This document shows, piece by piece, positions 63,039 through 64,000 of a stretch of 64,000 bases of DNA (positions are counted from its first letter, which is position 1; every line of letters begins with the position of its first letter). The notes under the pieces are model-generated. The model was given only the letters and a program-made list of their open reading frames with translations. It had not been told where the DNA came from and did not search any database. Both the position numbers and the translations under genes were made by a program. The stretch comes from Spirochaetaceae bacterium. GTDB lineage: Bacteria; Spirochaetota; Spirochaetia; DSM-2461. The stretch spans positions 128,001 through 192,000 of the forward strand of contig OZ245056.1 of the NCBI GenBank assembly GCA_965224705.1. Direction: 5' to 3'.

Positions 63039-64000
63039 TTATGGTTTATCTGCTTCTTTTTTTTCCACCCAGACACGGCCATTTGTACCATCCATCACAA
63101 TGCTTACAGGCTCTTCCAATACACTGCGGACGACTGTTCCCGAGTTAATTCTGGTTTTTTCAAGAACATCCCAATCAATGAAATCACTATCTTTTTCTGT
63201 GGCAATGTGGGCATACCCGACACCCAATGCCACCAGATTGTGAAAAAAATGAGAGCCCTGGGAAGGTTCAGGATCAGAATGACCCCGGATTACTTCCACA
63301 ATGAGTTTTGCCTGACAGACCTGGGCCCAGGAAACCGGAATTCCTAAAAATCTATCCCGACTTCCCCAACGGCCCGGACCGATAAGAATTGCATGCCGTG
63401 ATTCTTCGGCCAATTTTTCCATTATCTCACTTATCTGATCTCTGAGTAATTCGGTTCCCGATGGGTCGTATAATTCAGGGTTAACCCAGATAATGTCTGA
63501 TATGCCCTTTATGATCCCATGTCCAAGAGCCTTTTCTGACCGCAAAATCAGCTGTGAATCTTCAGGAAGATCCGGCATGAGTGCTATTGAACCAACCTGA
63601 GAGACAAGGGGACGCACCTGGAGCAGTGAAAAGACAGCATTTTCCGATGAATCTCCCTTCCAGTCCAGCGCAAATTCCAATTCCACTGGAATTCCCATTG
63701 CTTTACGGGAAATCTGCAGCAGATAATCCAGCAATGGAGCAAGGGGAAGCCAGTCATAAGACAAAATATCTTTATAATCCACTACCCGTGGTCCATGGAA
63801 TTCGGTTCCATCCACAAGGCGATGGCCAATAGAATCCCATGTGGAAACAATGTGCTTGAGTACCCGCAGTTTTTCGCCATCCCTGATACTTAAACGCTGC
63901 AGGGTACTCCCTTCCCCTTTTGACATATCAATATGATCCAACTCTGGCAGGCATTTCAACGCCCAGAAATATGCCTGCCCCTCTCTCCAGCGATCTTCTT
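63039..64000 (-). CDS. PEP/pyruvate-binding domain protein, C-terminal part (5' end off window)
   Basis: PVELEFA, LLQVRPL, GPGRWGSRDRFLGIPV, PSQGSHFFHNL. Frame stays open to the window edge. Confidence 0.8.
   Translation of the reverse strand, partial: EDRWREGQAYFWALKCLPELDHIDMSKGEGSTLQRLSIRDGEKLRVLKHIVSTWDSIGHRLVDGTEFHGPRVVDYKDILSYDWLPLAPLLDYLLQISRKAMGIPVELEFALDWKGDSSENAVFSLLQVRPLVSQVGSIALMPDLPEDSQLILRSEKALGHGIIKGISDIIWVNPELYDPSGTELLRDQISEIMEKLAEESRHAILIGPGRWGSRDRFLGIPVSWAQVCQAKLIVEVIRGHSDPEPSQGSHFFHNLVALGVGYAHIATEKDSDFIDWDVLEKTRINSGTVVRSVLEEPVSIVMDGTNGRVWVEKKEADKP

Noticed and set aside
1..64000. CRISPR array, tRNA, rRNA, prophage or integrase genes
   Set aside because: No regularly spaced repeat-spacer units or recognisable RNA or phage genes were seen by eye.

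Overview
Bacterial chromosomal segment, probably from a free-living spirochaete. This is inferred from the V-type ATPase E-DUF2764-A-B-D-I-K operon and the uvrA/LptD-like/phoH/ybeY/corC/TPR gene order. The window has three parts. (1) 1-6.5 kb: a three-gene FAD oxidoreductase cluster, a tautomerase-like orphan, a 399-bp MITE, and hcp with a divergent Crp/Fnr (HcpR) regulator and palindromic operator. (2) About 6.8-28.4 kb: a defence/accessory island. It holds a type I R-M locus (hsdM intact, hsdS frameshifted, hsdR broken by an ISL3 element and two frameshifts). Between hsdS and hsdR lie an intact HNH-effector Lamassu (ABC-three-component) system, an ABC-ATPase + DUF4276-like pair, and scars of earlier cassette insertions (a duplicated hsdR 5' end and an IetA-like stub). 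Next, bounded by IS21, IS1380 and IS630 relics, is an AT-rich, tightly packed five-gene operon: SDR epimerase, MoaA-like radical SAM, SIR2-domain protein, PP-loop protein and GrpB-type nucleotidyltransferase. It matches no system I can name and is the best candidate for a new system. (3) 28.5-64 kb: mostly housekeeping genes with several small structured repeats/MITEs. All calls come from motif recognition by eye; no searches were run.
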